Assembly (NCBI RefSeq): GCF_026210795.1 | Contig: NC_089429.1 | Coordinates: 7,688,001 to 7,752,000, forward strand | Direction of reading: 5' to 3' | DNA length: 64,000 nt | Source of the DNA: Rhizophagus irregularis | Lineage: Eukaryota | Shown here: positions 37,800 to 51,426 of the stretch, one piece after another | How positions within the stretch are numbered: position 1 is the stretch's first letter | Layout: every line of letters starts with the position of its first letter | Notes under the pieces: model-generated | Told to the model about the DNA's origin: nothing | The model's input: only the letters and a program-made list of their open reading frames with translations | The model's database searches: none | Position numbers and translations under genes: made by a program

Positions 37800-40100
37800 A
37801 AGAAAATGATGTAAGTTATAAACAAATCCAATTTTATTATTATGATTATATCGACTAAAAATTTTTAATCCAATTCAGCCAGGATTCAGACAACGAGCTT
37901 GGTGACCACAAGGCCTCCGAAGCTAAAACCTCTGCTTCAAAATCCACTACTACACCAATCAATCAACACGGTTTAATCGAAAATAAAACACCAAAGTTGA
38001 AGACAAACCTAAATAACGTGATCGCTTTAATACAACAAAACCTATTTAAGTAAAGATGATAGTTCTATATCAATAAAACATATTCCCAAACTCTTTGTTC
38101 ACATGCCAACCACCGACAGTTAGTATGATTGTGGATGAGCCACTAAAATATTACTAGTGTAGATGAGAATAGAATTGATGAATCACCAAATATTATTAAT
38201 ATCTAATTTTGCTCGGTCTTTTACCAATCCTGAACCGACAATAATTAGAACTTAACAGAGCCGACCAAGAACTTGCAAGCTCTTAGCTATTTGTGTATAT
38301 TAAAGGAATTAATTTGACTAATATAATTTCCAAGCTGGCTATAACAAACCCCAAAACTAAAGATTCCCGTTAACTGAGAGAAATTCAAAGTCACATATAA
38401 CTAAAATTTCCGCTGTTAGAAGCGAAGATTATGAAAGCTATATTCGTACTCTTTGAAAAGCGTATCATTAGTTACGACACATGATCATATAAATAGGCGA
38501 GATTACACAAAAATCAAAAAAAAAACGCAATCTTTTTTTAATATAGATAGGATAAAGGGTAAGTTACCGATCGTAGTGATGATTATGTAACTCTGTTTGT
38601 GGATTATTTTAATAATAACTATGTTTAAGTTAATGTTAATATATTCTTTCTTGATTATATAGATATCGAAATTCTTTGTAACCTCAAGTCTTAATTATTA
38701 TAGAAACTTGGCGAGATATTGTAAGGACAACGCATATAACTGATCAACTTGAAAGTAAACGTCCGGTTTAGGAGAAAGGCAATTTAAGAATCCAATTAAA
38801 ATTTGAAGAATTAATTAACAAGACCCGTAAAGTACTCGATGATTTGGGCAATGCTGAACCATTGGTAGGAATTGATTTTTGCTATTTTTTTTTTCTTTTT
38901 TGTTAAAAAAAATTTATGCTAATTTTTCAGCATTGGATCGTTCTTTTCAGACCTATTTATTGGAAGTTTGATATGCCGAGTGTGGTGGCAAATTGTCCAT
39001 CAAAAGGCATATAAGAGATGGAAGGAATACGCTTTCACGATCTCCTATGTTATTTCTGACGAGCTACATTATCAATAATTTATTGACAAATATCCAGGAT
39101 AATTTTCATTAACAAAGGATATATTTTTAATTACAATAAATCGCCTAACTCGATTGATTTATCCCAAAGTCAGAGGAAAGAATTGGGTCATTAAAAGTAT
39201 TAGGATTGGGACTAGGATTTGAGTTGGGATTAGATTAGAATTATTAGAATTAGCTATAATTATTCATCCTGACTATTTGGGAACTTAACATGCGTAATCA
39301 TATAGAAATTGAGGCTAAAATGATGAAATATGATAAAATGATACAAGGGACATTTGTGCACTTTACATTAGTAACATTACATGCAAAAATTCCTCTTCGT
39401 GCTTATTTTTAATAATATCGAACAATAAAAAGAAAATTGGCTCCAGTGACAATCTGTTTATTATTTAACACGTGAAAAACGTGACTATTGAATTGCTATT
39501 TGCTATTTGATTTTCAATCGTGAATTATTCGACCCTAATCTTGCAAGAAGGAACAGAAGTAGTGTTTTTTTATTTATTTAGGTACGTGTATATAACGAAA
39601 TTGTTGATGTAAACTTCCAGAAAGAACATGTTCCGTATTGGTGAGTTGATCATTTATATGTATATGTAAATATTTATACTAGCAGTTTTTAAAGAATAAT
39701 CTCTTTTTTTGTAAAAAAACGCTTTCATTTATTTAGATGGAGTTTATTATTACTTTAATGCGTTGGAGAGGATATTATTGTGTAAGATATGGAAGAGTTT
39801 CATGCCATGTTAAGTGAAGCTATAGGTAGTGTCCCGAACTTTCATGTACTGTAAGCATTAATTATTCAGTGAAATAATTTATTTAACTAATTAATTGAAT
39901 TTTTATTAATTATTTTCATCAATAAAATAGAAAGCTCTACTAGCACAAAAAACGACTTTGGTAAATCAATGCTAGTTAATACACATCGACCTATTTTTAT
40001 TGGTCCTGGCACCGAGATATTTACTTTAGGAGCAGACAATTTTGTCTGGCAGTTTTAATGTTCTGCAGATTTCCAGATAGATGAAATGATGAATTGAGTA
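37800..40100 (+). pseudogene. Decayed multi-intron gene relic
   Basis: Series of GTAAGT/GTGAGT/GTAAGC donors followed by AT-rich intron-like tracts ending in AG; exon-like pieces such as MEEFHAMLSEAIGSVPNFHV and KSMLVNTHRPIFIGPGTEIFTLGADNFVWQF; no continuous ORF could be assembled. Confidence 0.3.
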
Positions 40101-42834
40101 CACTGCTTGTTTTTATATTAGAATTTAATCAAAAATCAAGGGCGTCAAATTTATTTTGGATTTTGGAATCAATTAATCAAATATATTATCAATAAATTTA
40201 CCTTTACCAAATAAACCAATTCCATTTGGTCCAATCAAACAAAGTATCCTGTAAAGCAACAGAATATAGCAGTGATACATTGATACAACCAAAAGTAAGA
40301 AAAAAAATTGGTGCATTGGCTAGTGGAGGTGATAGCAATTTCACGCGATCGCGATGCTTACTTATTTTTGAAGGCCATGAATGTAAAGTACCTTATAGTT
40401 AGTTACATTTAGCATTTAATAATATGTGAAATTAATTTTTTAAAAATTTATTTTAGCAGAGGTCTGATGAATGTGGTGATATGACTAAAAAATTTGGTTG
40501 GGTTGACTGACGTAAAGGGTGTTCCGCTATTGTAAGTTAAAATATATATTAGATGTTTATTCATTTAATCAAATTTCAAATTAATTGAGATTTTCTATTG
40601 CTATTAAGGTGATACACTTAGAATCAACGCGTTGTAAGCCTCTACAATTTTGGAGAATGCATGAAATCAATCACTTTTACCAATTCCATTTGGTCGCAAC
40701 AGAAAATAGCAGTGATACATTGCGATCACGTGCAATCAATCATTTAAACCGGTCAATTTTATTATTGGTTGACACAACGATCGTCGCCTCAAATCTCGAG
40801 TTTTCGACTCGAAATTTTTTTCTTCCAGAGCAAATCAACGGCTTGTATATTTAACCGCTTTTTCTTGTTAAAGTTTTTCAAACATTATGTTTCGATCGAT
40901 AACAACCTTAATAGCATAAATATCTTTAATCTCAGTTCTTAACTTCTGAGTCTCAGCAATTTGCGTAATTTCCAAAGATATTGTCATATTACTTTGATCA
41001 CACCTCATTCTTTTTAGCATTATGAAAAGTTCTTAAAGAATGGCTTTGAAAATTAATGGAAGCTTTATGGTTAGATAAGTCGATGTAGATACAACACCTC
41101 TTGGGACCATATGCATAATTTTCAAAATAGTGCATTTAGAGAGGGTGTAGGTAAAATAGTTAAAGATCATATAAGCTTGGGACCGAATCAGAGGGTGCAT
41201 TTAGAGAGGGTATACATGGTGGGTGCAATTATGGAGAGTGCAAATTATAGAGGTCTGATTGTAACAAGATAAATACTGATTAGGCGAATAAATTTTAATT
41301 ACAACAAATGATAATGAATATTGAAGTATTATCATTTTCCTTATTTCTTCGAGAGAGTGGTAGGAATAATTTAAGTTAATATTCAGAATTTTCAATATTT
41401 TATTTTTGCCGTTTTTCATGAATTTCTTTCATTTTTTATATTTTAGGTAATCCTACTATGGATTCCTTTTATCTTTTTTAAAAACAGTTTGTAGAGGTGA
41501 ATTTTGAAGCAGTCTTAAACTTAGTATTTTGTTATTTTTATTGGGATTTTAATGAATATATTTCACAAAGGTAAATTGGAAGCGCTCGACTGGTTCCTGC
41601 GTCGGTTCCTGCGTCGGTTCCTGAATGACTGGTTCTTGCTCGACTGGGCTCCTGTTCGACTGGCTCCTTCGTGTCGGGCTCCTGTGCCAGTTTCTTAACC
41701 ACTTTACGAGCTCTCAAGTTATAAATTAATCCTGTAATATTTATTAGCTATTTTTATTTAATGAAAAACATTTTATCATTACTCTTTTCTGATTTTTAAT
41801 TGTATTGTGCTTTTTTTTAGATATTTTACACATTCCGATCAATGTCCTGTATTGGGAGTTTCGTTAAATGAAGATAATTTAGATCTATGACTTCCTTCTT
41901 TTAATGGATCTTCCGATTTCACATTCAGTAGGAGCACCTTATTCAATACATTCTTTTTGCATTACAACGACCAGGTACTGAATAGAGGTTTGATCAAAAC
42001 ATCATCTCACAGATGTGAAAAATGTATTTCGGAGAAAATCAATCCTACGTCTTGATGTGATGTCTTGATGTTCAAATATAATCTGTGATTTCGTGTCAAC
42101 AAGGTTGCATAGGGAAATCTTTTTAACATTAGAGAAATTCATGATATGGTAAATGTGGACAGATTCAATATATGAAAATATGCATAGTATCACTACTATA
42201 ATTGTTATTGTTAAGGCAATGCAAGCAGTTCGCAAAGAAAATCAACTTTCTCGTCTTTTGATTAGTATCACTCCCTCATTAGATTTAGTATTAATTTAGG
42301 AGATAATACCTCAATGTATAATCTCAGAATATGGCTTTTCTTATGGTTCGGAACAACCCTTCTATAAACAACAAATATTATTGAGAATTGGCAATACTAC
42401 TCTCGTATTTCGGGGATTCTAAAGTTGCATCTCCATTCCCAAAGATGAAAATTATTTAGAGAATGCACGAATCGAACGCACATATGATGCAGATATAAAA
42501 TCAATTGTTAATTATGGCTGAAATTGTAAATGGCCTAATTCGAAGCAACCAGTGAATGCATTATAAACAGATTCTATAATAGTTACTGGATGGTGATGGC
42601 GCTCCTCCTGGTGCTGGTGCTCTACCCGCTGGTGATGGAAGATCAAAAGATCATATTTCCGTCGATATGAGGTCAAAAATAATTAACAATATTTGAATCC
42701 TTGAATCTAGATTACATTTTTCCATCAGATTTTGGTCATTTGCTGCTACACGACATAATCTAACTTTGGCTGTTATTTTGTCGACGGAATGAGTGTTTAT
42801 ATTTTACACTTGTTAGATTCTAATTCTGTTGAGA

Positions 42835-43971
42835 GAATCAAGAAAGCACAACTTCTAAAGTGGCGGGTGCGTGAATAGTCGCGTTTAGTGAGGAGGTATC
42901 CGGAGGAGTAAGCTCAACGGAAACCGGCTGGTGAGAAGTTGTGTCAACATGTGTGGTTTCTGGAGCAGGAGGAGTGGTCCAAACCTCAATGCAAAAATCA
43001 TGGTTAAATTTTTCGACATACTGATCACGTTACAAAGTAATGATATATTTTGAGTAACCCTTTCCATCACGCAACAAATACATGGGTATTTGAAATTTTA
43101 ATTGCCTTTCCGACAAACCCTCTAGTTATTTCCTGTTTACTAAGTCGAATAATTTTTATGATTTGAGGTTAAAAGTTTCTTCATTTCAAAGATGGTGAGA
43201 TCTAATTTTTTCATCAGAATTTGGCGTACCTGAATCTGGATTGCAATTTCCATGCTAAATGAAAAATCCCATATTGGCTGTTGTTTGTATCGATGAAATG
43301 AGATTTTTATTCTGTTAGTGAATCAAGAAAACACAACTTCTAAAGTGGCGGTGCGTGAATAGTCGCGTTTAGCGAGGAGGTATCTGGAGGAGTAAGCTCA
43401 ACGGAAACCGGCTGGTGAGAAGTTGTGTTAACCGGTGTAGTTTCTGGAGCAGGAGGAGTGGTCTAAACCTCAAGCAAAAATCATAGTTAAATTTTCGACA
43501 TACTGATCACGTTACAAAGTAGTGATCAACTTTATTTTGAGTAACCCTTTCCTATCACGCAACAAATACATGGGTATTTTGGAATTTTAATTGCCCTTCC
43601 GACAAACTCTCTGGTTATTTCCTGTTTGCTAAGTCGAGTAATATCCATGATTTGAGGGTTATTTCCTGTTTGTTAAGTCGAATAATTTTCATGATTTGAG
43701 GTTAAAGTTTCTTATCCATTCCAATGATGGTGAAATCTAATTAGTTTTTAGATGGAATTATTCTGTTAAGTGAATCAAGAAAACGCAACTTCTAAAGTGG
43801 CGGGTGCGTGAATAGTCGCGTTTAGCGAGGAGGTATCCGGAGGAGTAAGCTCAACGGAAACCGGCTGGTGAGACGTTGTGTCAGCATGTGTAGTTTCTGG
43901 AGCAGGAGGAGTGGTCCAAACCTCAATGCAAAAATCATAGTTAAATTTTTCGACATACTGATCACGTTACA
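42835..43971 (-). repeat. Triple tandem repeat of ~450-485 bp units with a protein-like core
   Basis: GAATCAAGAAA...CTGATCACGTTACA blocks start at 42835, 43320 and 43772. Confidence 0.92.
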
Positions 43972-45318
43972 CACGCGTTGTAATTCTTTTAATTATAAAA
44001 AAACAAAAATTACCATATTGCAAGGAAAAGCCTCCACAATTTTGGCGAATGCGTGAAATACTTGGATGGTTTGGTTCTGAACTTCAGCTAATAAATATTT
44101 ATGCTTCACTATGCGATCCTGCCAAGGTAACTGAGTGGAATGAACTAACAGTAAAGGTCGGGCTCAATTTGAACTTTGAAAAAGGGATAGAGAAAAAATT
44201 CAGTCATTGGGGGAGGGATTTGGAGCCTAATTGCAGGACTTTGTATATTGTCAAACTTATTCTTCATATACTTGCTGATCGGTTCATGGCATTACATCAA
44301 AGTGTTCTGTTAGTAAAAGTTTGGCCCAGAGTGGCTTTAGACAGGCTAGGAATGATACAAATTTGAGAGCGTTGGAGATTATATGGGGTACATTACAAGA
44401 GGGGGTACAGGACAGGGTGGGTGCCCGGTATAGTCGCCACTGGATATAACAAACCCTCTGTTCCAAGGGGTTTAGTAAATTCAGTGTATGATTTCCGCAA
44501 GTTGCACGTGATTCAATCCGCGCATTGTGCAACCTTAATTTTTAAAAAATTCCACAAATTGTATATTCATTTGATTTTGAGGCGGCATATAATCATTGGG
44601 CACAATTGCCCTATGCTGCTATGCATTAAATTAGATACTTATTTTGACGTGGGATTGGGATTTGAGAATTGGGTAATAGATATTTGGGCTCTAACATAAG
44701 ATTTTGTAATAAAACATATTATGCGCTTCAAACTGAGTTTTAAATTTTTTTATTAATTCTCTTATTTAGTCACTATTCCGTGTTTTTTTTTATTTCATGT
44801 TATTTCCGTAAATATAAAATTTTTTATAGGGAGTTCGTGTTATTCATGGTTCGCTGACTCTACGAAGGCGAATGATTTGGGCCTACTAGTTCCGTACAAT
44901 GATACACTTTTAATCGCAAATAATAGATCCCTGATAGACATTCATTGATTGGCGAGTGAAAGTTAAAGACGGAATGATGTTGATAGCGTCAGGACGCGAT
45001 AAAAGGGGATTCTCGACATAAATTGCTCGTGAGCCGACATTTATAAAATTCAAATATTATGCACTAAATACGTTTTAAAAATATCATGAGTAAAATTTTC
45101 ACTAATTTTTTAAAATAAAATAAAAACTTTATTAATAAAATTAAAACCAAACAATTTGTAAAGTTTTACAAAATTCTATATAATAGCTAAAGTTGAAATT
45201 TAAACAAATTTAAAGAAAAAATTTAAAGAAAAAAAAATTAAAAAAAAATTTTAAAGAAAAAAAAATTAAAAAATTTAAATAAAAAATTTAAAGAATATTT
45301 AAAGAAAAAATTTATATA

Positions 45319-46878
45319 CTAAATATAAAAGTCGGATCCTGAAAATGGCTCCTGATGTAAATCTCCATAAAAAGCATATGATGAATTTAATATAGTGAAA
45401 TCTTTAATTACTCCACTAGTTTTATATTCGTCGATTAGTTTCACCAAATAATTACTTCTATAAAAATGCACACATGTTTGAATGGAAATTGCAGGTCGTC
45501 CTTTCCACATTTCAAAGAATGTCCTCAAAGTTTTAGAGGAAAACCAAATATCGTAAGAAAATTCAATTTCTTTTAAACTAAATGGTGCTGCTCTAATTAT
45601 CACATTTGACAAATCTATTCCATATTCAATTTCTTTTCTTCTATTTTCTCTACAACGCGAGTCCCTAAAAGCTAATGATCGCAAATTTTGACATCTTTTA
45701 AGTAACAATTCAAATTCGGCAAGATGATTATCTGATAATGGAAATACAGGAATCGTCAAATATTCAATTAATTCACAATTTTCACGAATTGTACGAATAA
45801 AATTAAGAGAATCATCACTAAATCTATCGCAATCAAAACGATATTTATAGATCCATAATTCTTTAAGACATACGCTATTTTTAATAATGCAAGTAGCTTG
45901 GTATATGTCAATTACATTTTTCTCAAGAATCTCAAGGTCAGGAAAAGCCACCGTTTCCAATTTTTCTTCAAAAACCTCACTATTTAAAAACACGGGAGAA
46001 CTCACTTTCAACGTTTTTAACTTATAAAGTTCTAGGAGTGTATATTGTAGAAATATGTAATTTTGGTTATCATAAATATCATAATAATTGGAAATGCGAT
46101 CATGCTGAATACTTATTTCAATATGATTAAGAGTATCTGCATGTTTTCTCAATGCGTAAAATGATTCCGTATAAGGATCTTTATTAAAACCTTCAAATAT
46201 TTCCAAACAATATTCTTCATTAAAGTGATCCATCCATTTAAAATACTTTAAATTTTTCTGAGCTTCAATTAATATAGTGATTCCATGATTAGCCTTTGCA
46301 TTTTTATTAATAATGATGATTCTTTGTATACGTTGACAAATACGTGCTAATCTGTAGAAGTAATTAGGATCGGTGGATGTGTTACACGCTAATTCACACA
46401 GTGATTCAAGGCGAGGCTTTGATTCTAGAATACATGGAAGACAAAATATTTGATAGTCGCTACGTATATCCAAATATTTTATTCCTGGACATTTCTTCAT
46501 CAATGTATTATAAAGTTCTTCTTGCAAGAGAGATCGATAATATCCTGGTGATGATTCAGTAGAAATTATGTCGTCTATAACATTCATATTAATACTTTTA
46601 CAGAAAGACAAGTAATCAATTGCAAGTGATTTGTCTGAAATATGAATTCCTTCTTTTGCCAAGAATCCTTTCATGTTATCGGGCAAATAAGAAACAACAA
46701 TAGAATATAAAGAACTTTTATGATAATCAATATTAAAGCGCCAAGGGTTCTTCCATAGAATTGGAATCACAGTTTCACACCAATATTTATTAACCATTAG
46801 ACAAGAAAAGAGGTCGCTTGAGTTATTTTGTAATTCATTGAATATCAAGAAAAGGATATCTTTATTAAGTTTTGACAT
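45319..46878 (-). CDS. F-box domain / RNI-like LRR protein, 519 aa, intronless
   Basis: Start moved to the ATG at 46878 (MSKLNKDILFLIFNEL...LFSCLMVNKYWCETVIPILWKNPW); shares many blocks with the 9215 gene, e.g. DSLNFIRTI / DSLTFIRTI. Confidence 0.9.
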   Translation of the reverse strand: MSKLNKDILFLIFNELQNNSSDLFSCLMVNKYWCETVIPILWKNPWRFNIDYHKSSLYSIVVSYLPDNMKGFLAKEGIHISDKSLAIDYLSFCKSINMNVIDDIISTESSPGYYRSLLQEELYNTLMKKCPGIKYLDIRSDYQIFCLPCILESKPRLESLCELACNTSTDPNYFYRLARICQRIQRIIIINKNAKANHGITILIEAQKNLKYFKWMDHFNEEYCLEIFEGFNKDPYTESFYALRKHADTLNHIEISIQHDRISNYYDIYDNQNYIFLQYTLLELYKLKTLKVSSPVFLNSEVFEEKLETVAFPDLEILEKNVIDIYQATCIIKNSVCLKELWIYKYRFDCDRFSDDSLNFIRTIRENCELIEYLTIPVFPLSDNHLAEFELLLKRCQNLRSLAFRDSRCRENRRKEIEYGIDLSNVIIRAAPFSLKEIEFSYDIWFSSKTLRTFFEMWKGRPAISIQTCVHFYRSNYLVKLIDEYKTSGVIKDFTILNSSYAFYGDLHQEPFSGSDFYI

Positions 46879-48585
46879 TGCAATTAATTTTTTTTTTTTT
46901 TTGAAAAAAAAAACGAAATAATAAAAAAGAAAGTCAGAAAGTCTCCAGTACATATTATAATTTCGATGTTACATCTGTTTCACCGGAATAAACAAGGAAA
47001 ACTTGAAATTTCAAGAAATTTTTTATATATGTTAAAAGTTTAATCATTGTTATATGCAAAGAAAATTCAATTGCATATGATACGGTACCACTATGGCTTA
47101 TTTCATTAACGAGTCTAAATAACAGCCGAATAAAAATTTCTAGCCTAATATATAAACAAAACAAGTTGAGAACTAAGATGAACTGAAATAAGCCCTGTAA
47201 AAATTTTATCCGTAATTTCTGCAAATCTCCGTGAATATGATGCATTTACGGAAAAATCTAAGCATCTTGGATAATTCATGTTTTGAGGCTATAATTTCCG
47301 TGAATATGATATGAATAAAAAACACGGAATAAATTTTCATAGGGAGGATGGTCCTTAAATCAAAAAATGATTTGAAAGAAAGAAAGATAACGCGTATGTT
47401 CAATTTCATTCATTTTAGCTGTGAAGTGAATATTTTATTATGATATGTTACACAAATATTGATACATTTGAACAGTTATGCCACGTATATGTTAGATTTC
47501 ATTATAATAACAAAGCCAGCAGCCAATGAGCTTAGTAACGCTTGAGGCTCTTAACCGAACCGAGTCAAAAAATGATCGATCAGAACCGCAAATGCACAGC
47601 CAAAAAAAAAATATTCACAACTTTCAAAGTCTCTTCCTGAAAAATCAAGCTTCGGAATATGAATAATAATCTCTTAACCAGAGGCATGGCCACCATGGAT
47701 GGATATCTACTGACTCGTAACTTCACCGCTAATGCCTGCCATTGATCAAATCAATCAGTTAATCAATCATGAAATATCCTCGATTAAAATTAAGCGACGT
47801 TTGATAGATTAATCTTGCTTGTCGAGTTTCCATCCTACGATCTTTTTTATTTATGAGAAAGTTTTGTTCAATTTATTTGAATTGTCCAATGAAATTGTTG
47901 TATTTAACCTGGAAAGTGAGAATATAATTTTTTTTTTTATTAGTTTTACTAGTTAATTTTCAAAAATTGATGGTTGATTGATTTTTGATCAATCTTGGTC
48001 GATCAATGAAGTTAATTGGTACTTTGATTGAAGTGGCTATGTGTAATCAATCAATTAAACATTATTTTTTGGGGCAATTAAAATTCCGTAACGCCCAGAA
48101 TCACAATAAAATGAATTTAATGAAATTGTACTACAAATATACAGGCTTTTGAAATGCTATGCTTTTGTATATGTGGCTTTTTCCTTATAATGACGGATTG
48201 CGGGCATTCCGCAATTTTGAGTATAAATGATCGGCACCGTGGTTTAACGTGATTATTACACGTATCCTTTTCATTGATCTTTTCGGGTCTTAGAGTTGTT
48301 TTTTTTTATGATAAAATTAGTTCACATGTAACTAAATACGGATAGATGAAATCAGCGAGGTATATAAATTTTTCAATAATAAAGATAAAAGCCTCCGCAT
48401 TGAATAAGTTTTTGTACAATAAATGAACAAATCGTAATTATAAGCGGAGACGAAAAGCAAGTAAATTTCTTTGTACGTTACGGAATGTAATCATATTTTA
48501 TTATTTTTGATTTGATTATTTAATATAAACAAATTTTTATTTAAAAATAATATGTGTGACATTGATCTAATCAAGTAGGTATAAG

Positions 48586-48807
48586 AACCGACTCGTTCGG
48601 TCCGTCCCGATACTATTGAACGGACCGACTTGAGCCGGCTCGAATTGGATGAACCGTCGTTCCATAATGATCGCAAAATACGATTTGGTCAGTTCGCTCC
48701 AGAACTGCTGAATCAGGTAATACCAAAATTTATCAGAACCGATTCGGAACCGAAAGTACTGAACCGAAAGAAACGAACCGACTCAAACCGCTCAACCGCG
48801 AACTCTA
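48586..48807. mobile_element. One-ended hAT-like remnant
   Basis: Dense GAACCG/AACCGA motifs ending ...CGCGAACTCTA (a TAGAG terminus on the minus strand); same motif style as 4309-4828. Confidence 0.5.
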
Positions 48808-49354
48808 ATCATAAGCAAGATTAAAGTTCCTTGATGTACAAAAAATTTTAACCGGTGAACCTTTACATGTGCATGTGATAAAAATATTTTTATAGAACTT
48901 TTAAAAATACAAATATATATATATATATATATATTTTTGAACATATATCGTGTAGTAGAATCAATAATTTATAAATAAAAATATAAATAAATTCATTGTT
49001 GTTGCATACAATAATTCTCAAAGAGTGCGATGATTTATACGTAAACGGAATCAATTACTGATTACAAAATACCTAAAGTCGATTGATTTTTTTTTTTAAT
49101 AAATATGGTTAAAAATGAACTTTGTGTCCCTTACAAAGCCGATTGATTGTTTTTTTTTTAATAAAATATGGTTAAAGTGAACTTTGTATCCCTTACAACT
49201 ATGACTTAATATAGACTGATATACTTATAGACTTACAAATGTCGATGTATTAATAATTATTTCCTTTTTCTTTTATTTAAAAAGTGTTAATATCAATCAT
49301 GAAATGCATAATGAAAATAATATCAATTTATTTAGGAAATGAAACCTTTTTCAA

Positions 49355-49610
49355 TCGGACTTCAGTCATTTTATTGTACACGTCATAGTATGCACTTTGG
49401 CGCATAAAAAAATTTATTAATTATGATACACTTTGGAAAAATGAGACTGTGAAATGTGAAGAAAAATTACAAGCATCTTAATATTTATGTTTGATTTTAG
49501 CAAGATGATGTCAGAATAATGGAAGCCATTGGAAAAAGACAAATGGCACAAAAAGCGTATGAGTTTTGCGGATTCTCAACGACAACGACGTATCCAGAGC
49601 TTTGCATTTC
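49355..49610 (+). pseudogene. HMG-box gene relic
   Basis: After the acceptor TTTTAG at 49500 it reads (S)KMMSE*WKPLEKDKWHKK, with a frameshifted YPE further on; homologous to 62175-62776. Confidence 0.6.
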
Positions 49611-51426
49611 ACATAAACTTTTAATTTTCACGCCCTAATGATTATTTTAACTTGAGACCAGACTTTATAATTAATATAAATTATAAATATATGTATATAC
49701 TATTTAGTGATTATGAAGAAATAAAAATTAATAAAAATCAATATTATAAAATATTATTTTTGTCGAAAAATATTGGATGGGGGAATAGAGATATCGGTCG
49801 AAGACCGAAATATTGTTCGGCCATTAGGAATACTGCGGTGACCAATAGGAATTAATGCTACTAATATTGATTTCAATATTGGATGTCTCATGTAAATATC
49901 GGTCAGTAAAATCCCGCATATTTCTAATTGACTGAACAATAATATTATTTAGCGTTTGCCAGTGGATAAAATGATAATACTATCGATAAATCGATTGTCG
50001 GCGAGATGATTTTCAATATAAATTCTTAAAATAATTTGATTTTGTAACGTGAATTGATAATCAGCATTCGAAGAATAACTCGTGACTGGTTCTAAAACTT
50101 TATACAAAGGCGCATATATTGTATATCGGGAACATTCAACTGTGGTACTATTGAATCAAATCTCTCTAACTTAAATTATTACGTACCGCATTTCATAATC
50201 TAATAAAATAAGAATAGGGAAACTGAATGAGCATAAATTTATATGTCCATAGGAACTACACGTATTTGATGAGATGATCAATATGTAACAAAATAATGTA
50301 TCGAAAATAGTACAAAAGTAGAAAGTTATAAGAATTGTACAACTATAAAACATTTCTATGACATCATCATGGAATATTATTTTTTCTGAGCATAATTTTA
50401 CATTGTACTGTAGTACACAAATGTGATTATAATTTTTAAATTTTTTAATTTAAAAGTTATGGCTGAAATGCATATTATAAACCTCAAAAGAGTTTAAATG
50501 CTATCTAGAGTTTAACATGTATATCATTTTAAGTAATATTAAAATTATTAACCTATATCTAATTTGTTAATTTACTAAAATCATTCCTGAATTCGGATAT
50601 AATGGTTGATTCGATTTAAGAAATATGTAACGTCGATAAGCGAGATAAACTTATTTTCGTAAATTTTTCTTTGTAAAAAAAAAATGTCAAATAAGGGATT
50701 TACATTGTTTTAATATAGAAAGATTGACAGCAACTGAAATCCAATAATTATAGCCACACGTTTTATTTATTTTAATACACCATTTGTTATAATATTTTAT
50801 AATATATTAAATTTTCTATAAATTATTATTGTATGGATATGATCAGAACTTGTTCCTTTCCTAATGATGTCTTCCTGTTTGCCCGATATTATTTTAGTTC
50901 GCAGTTCATTTCAACGATCGAAAAAAAAAAACATCGTTAGTCGGTTCCGTATTTATATTTTGAAAACGTGTAAAGACATCGATGTTGCATGTATGTGCAC
51001 ATGAAATTAGTAAATCTCGTAACGCCATTCGCTTGTTGTATGTACATCGTCACGTGCCGGACGGCGATCGGGCGGATGAACGTTTTTGTGAGACCTTTGC
51101 ATAGGAGTCTTTCGTTACACTTCTTACGGATTAAGAATTATCGTATCACGCATTTTTCCTATAAACTAACAAATTTGTACTTATATCATTTCCTTTTTTT
51201 TAAATTTGAAGTACGTAATATTCATTCAATAAAATAACTAATTAAGCTTTTGAATTATTTTTTCGCCTTGTTGATTTCCATAATTCCATTATAAAATTTC
51301 TTATTTTAGGAATAAATACCTCCTAGTAAACTCTGTATAAATAGTATAAATATATAGATATATAGTAAATTTCTAAAATTCTTGTAAAAAAAAAAAAGAA
51401 AAAGAAAAAGAAAAAATTTCTGAGAA

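Noticed and set aside
44850..44891. Helitron 3' end (TTCGC...GCGAA then CTAGT)
   Set aside because: The stem is only 5 bp and no 5' end or second copy was seen
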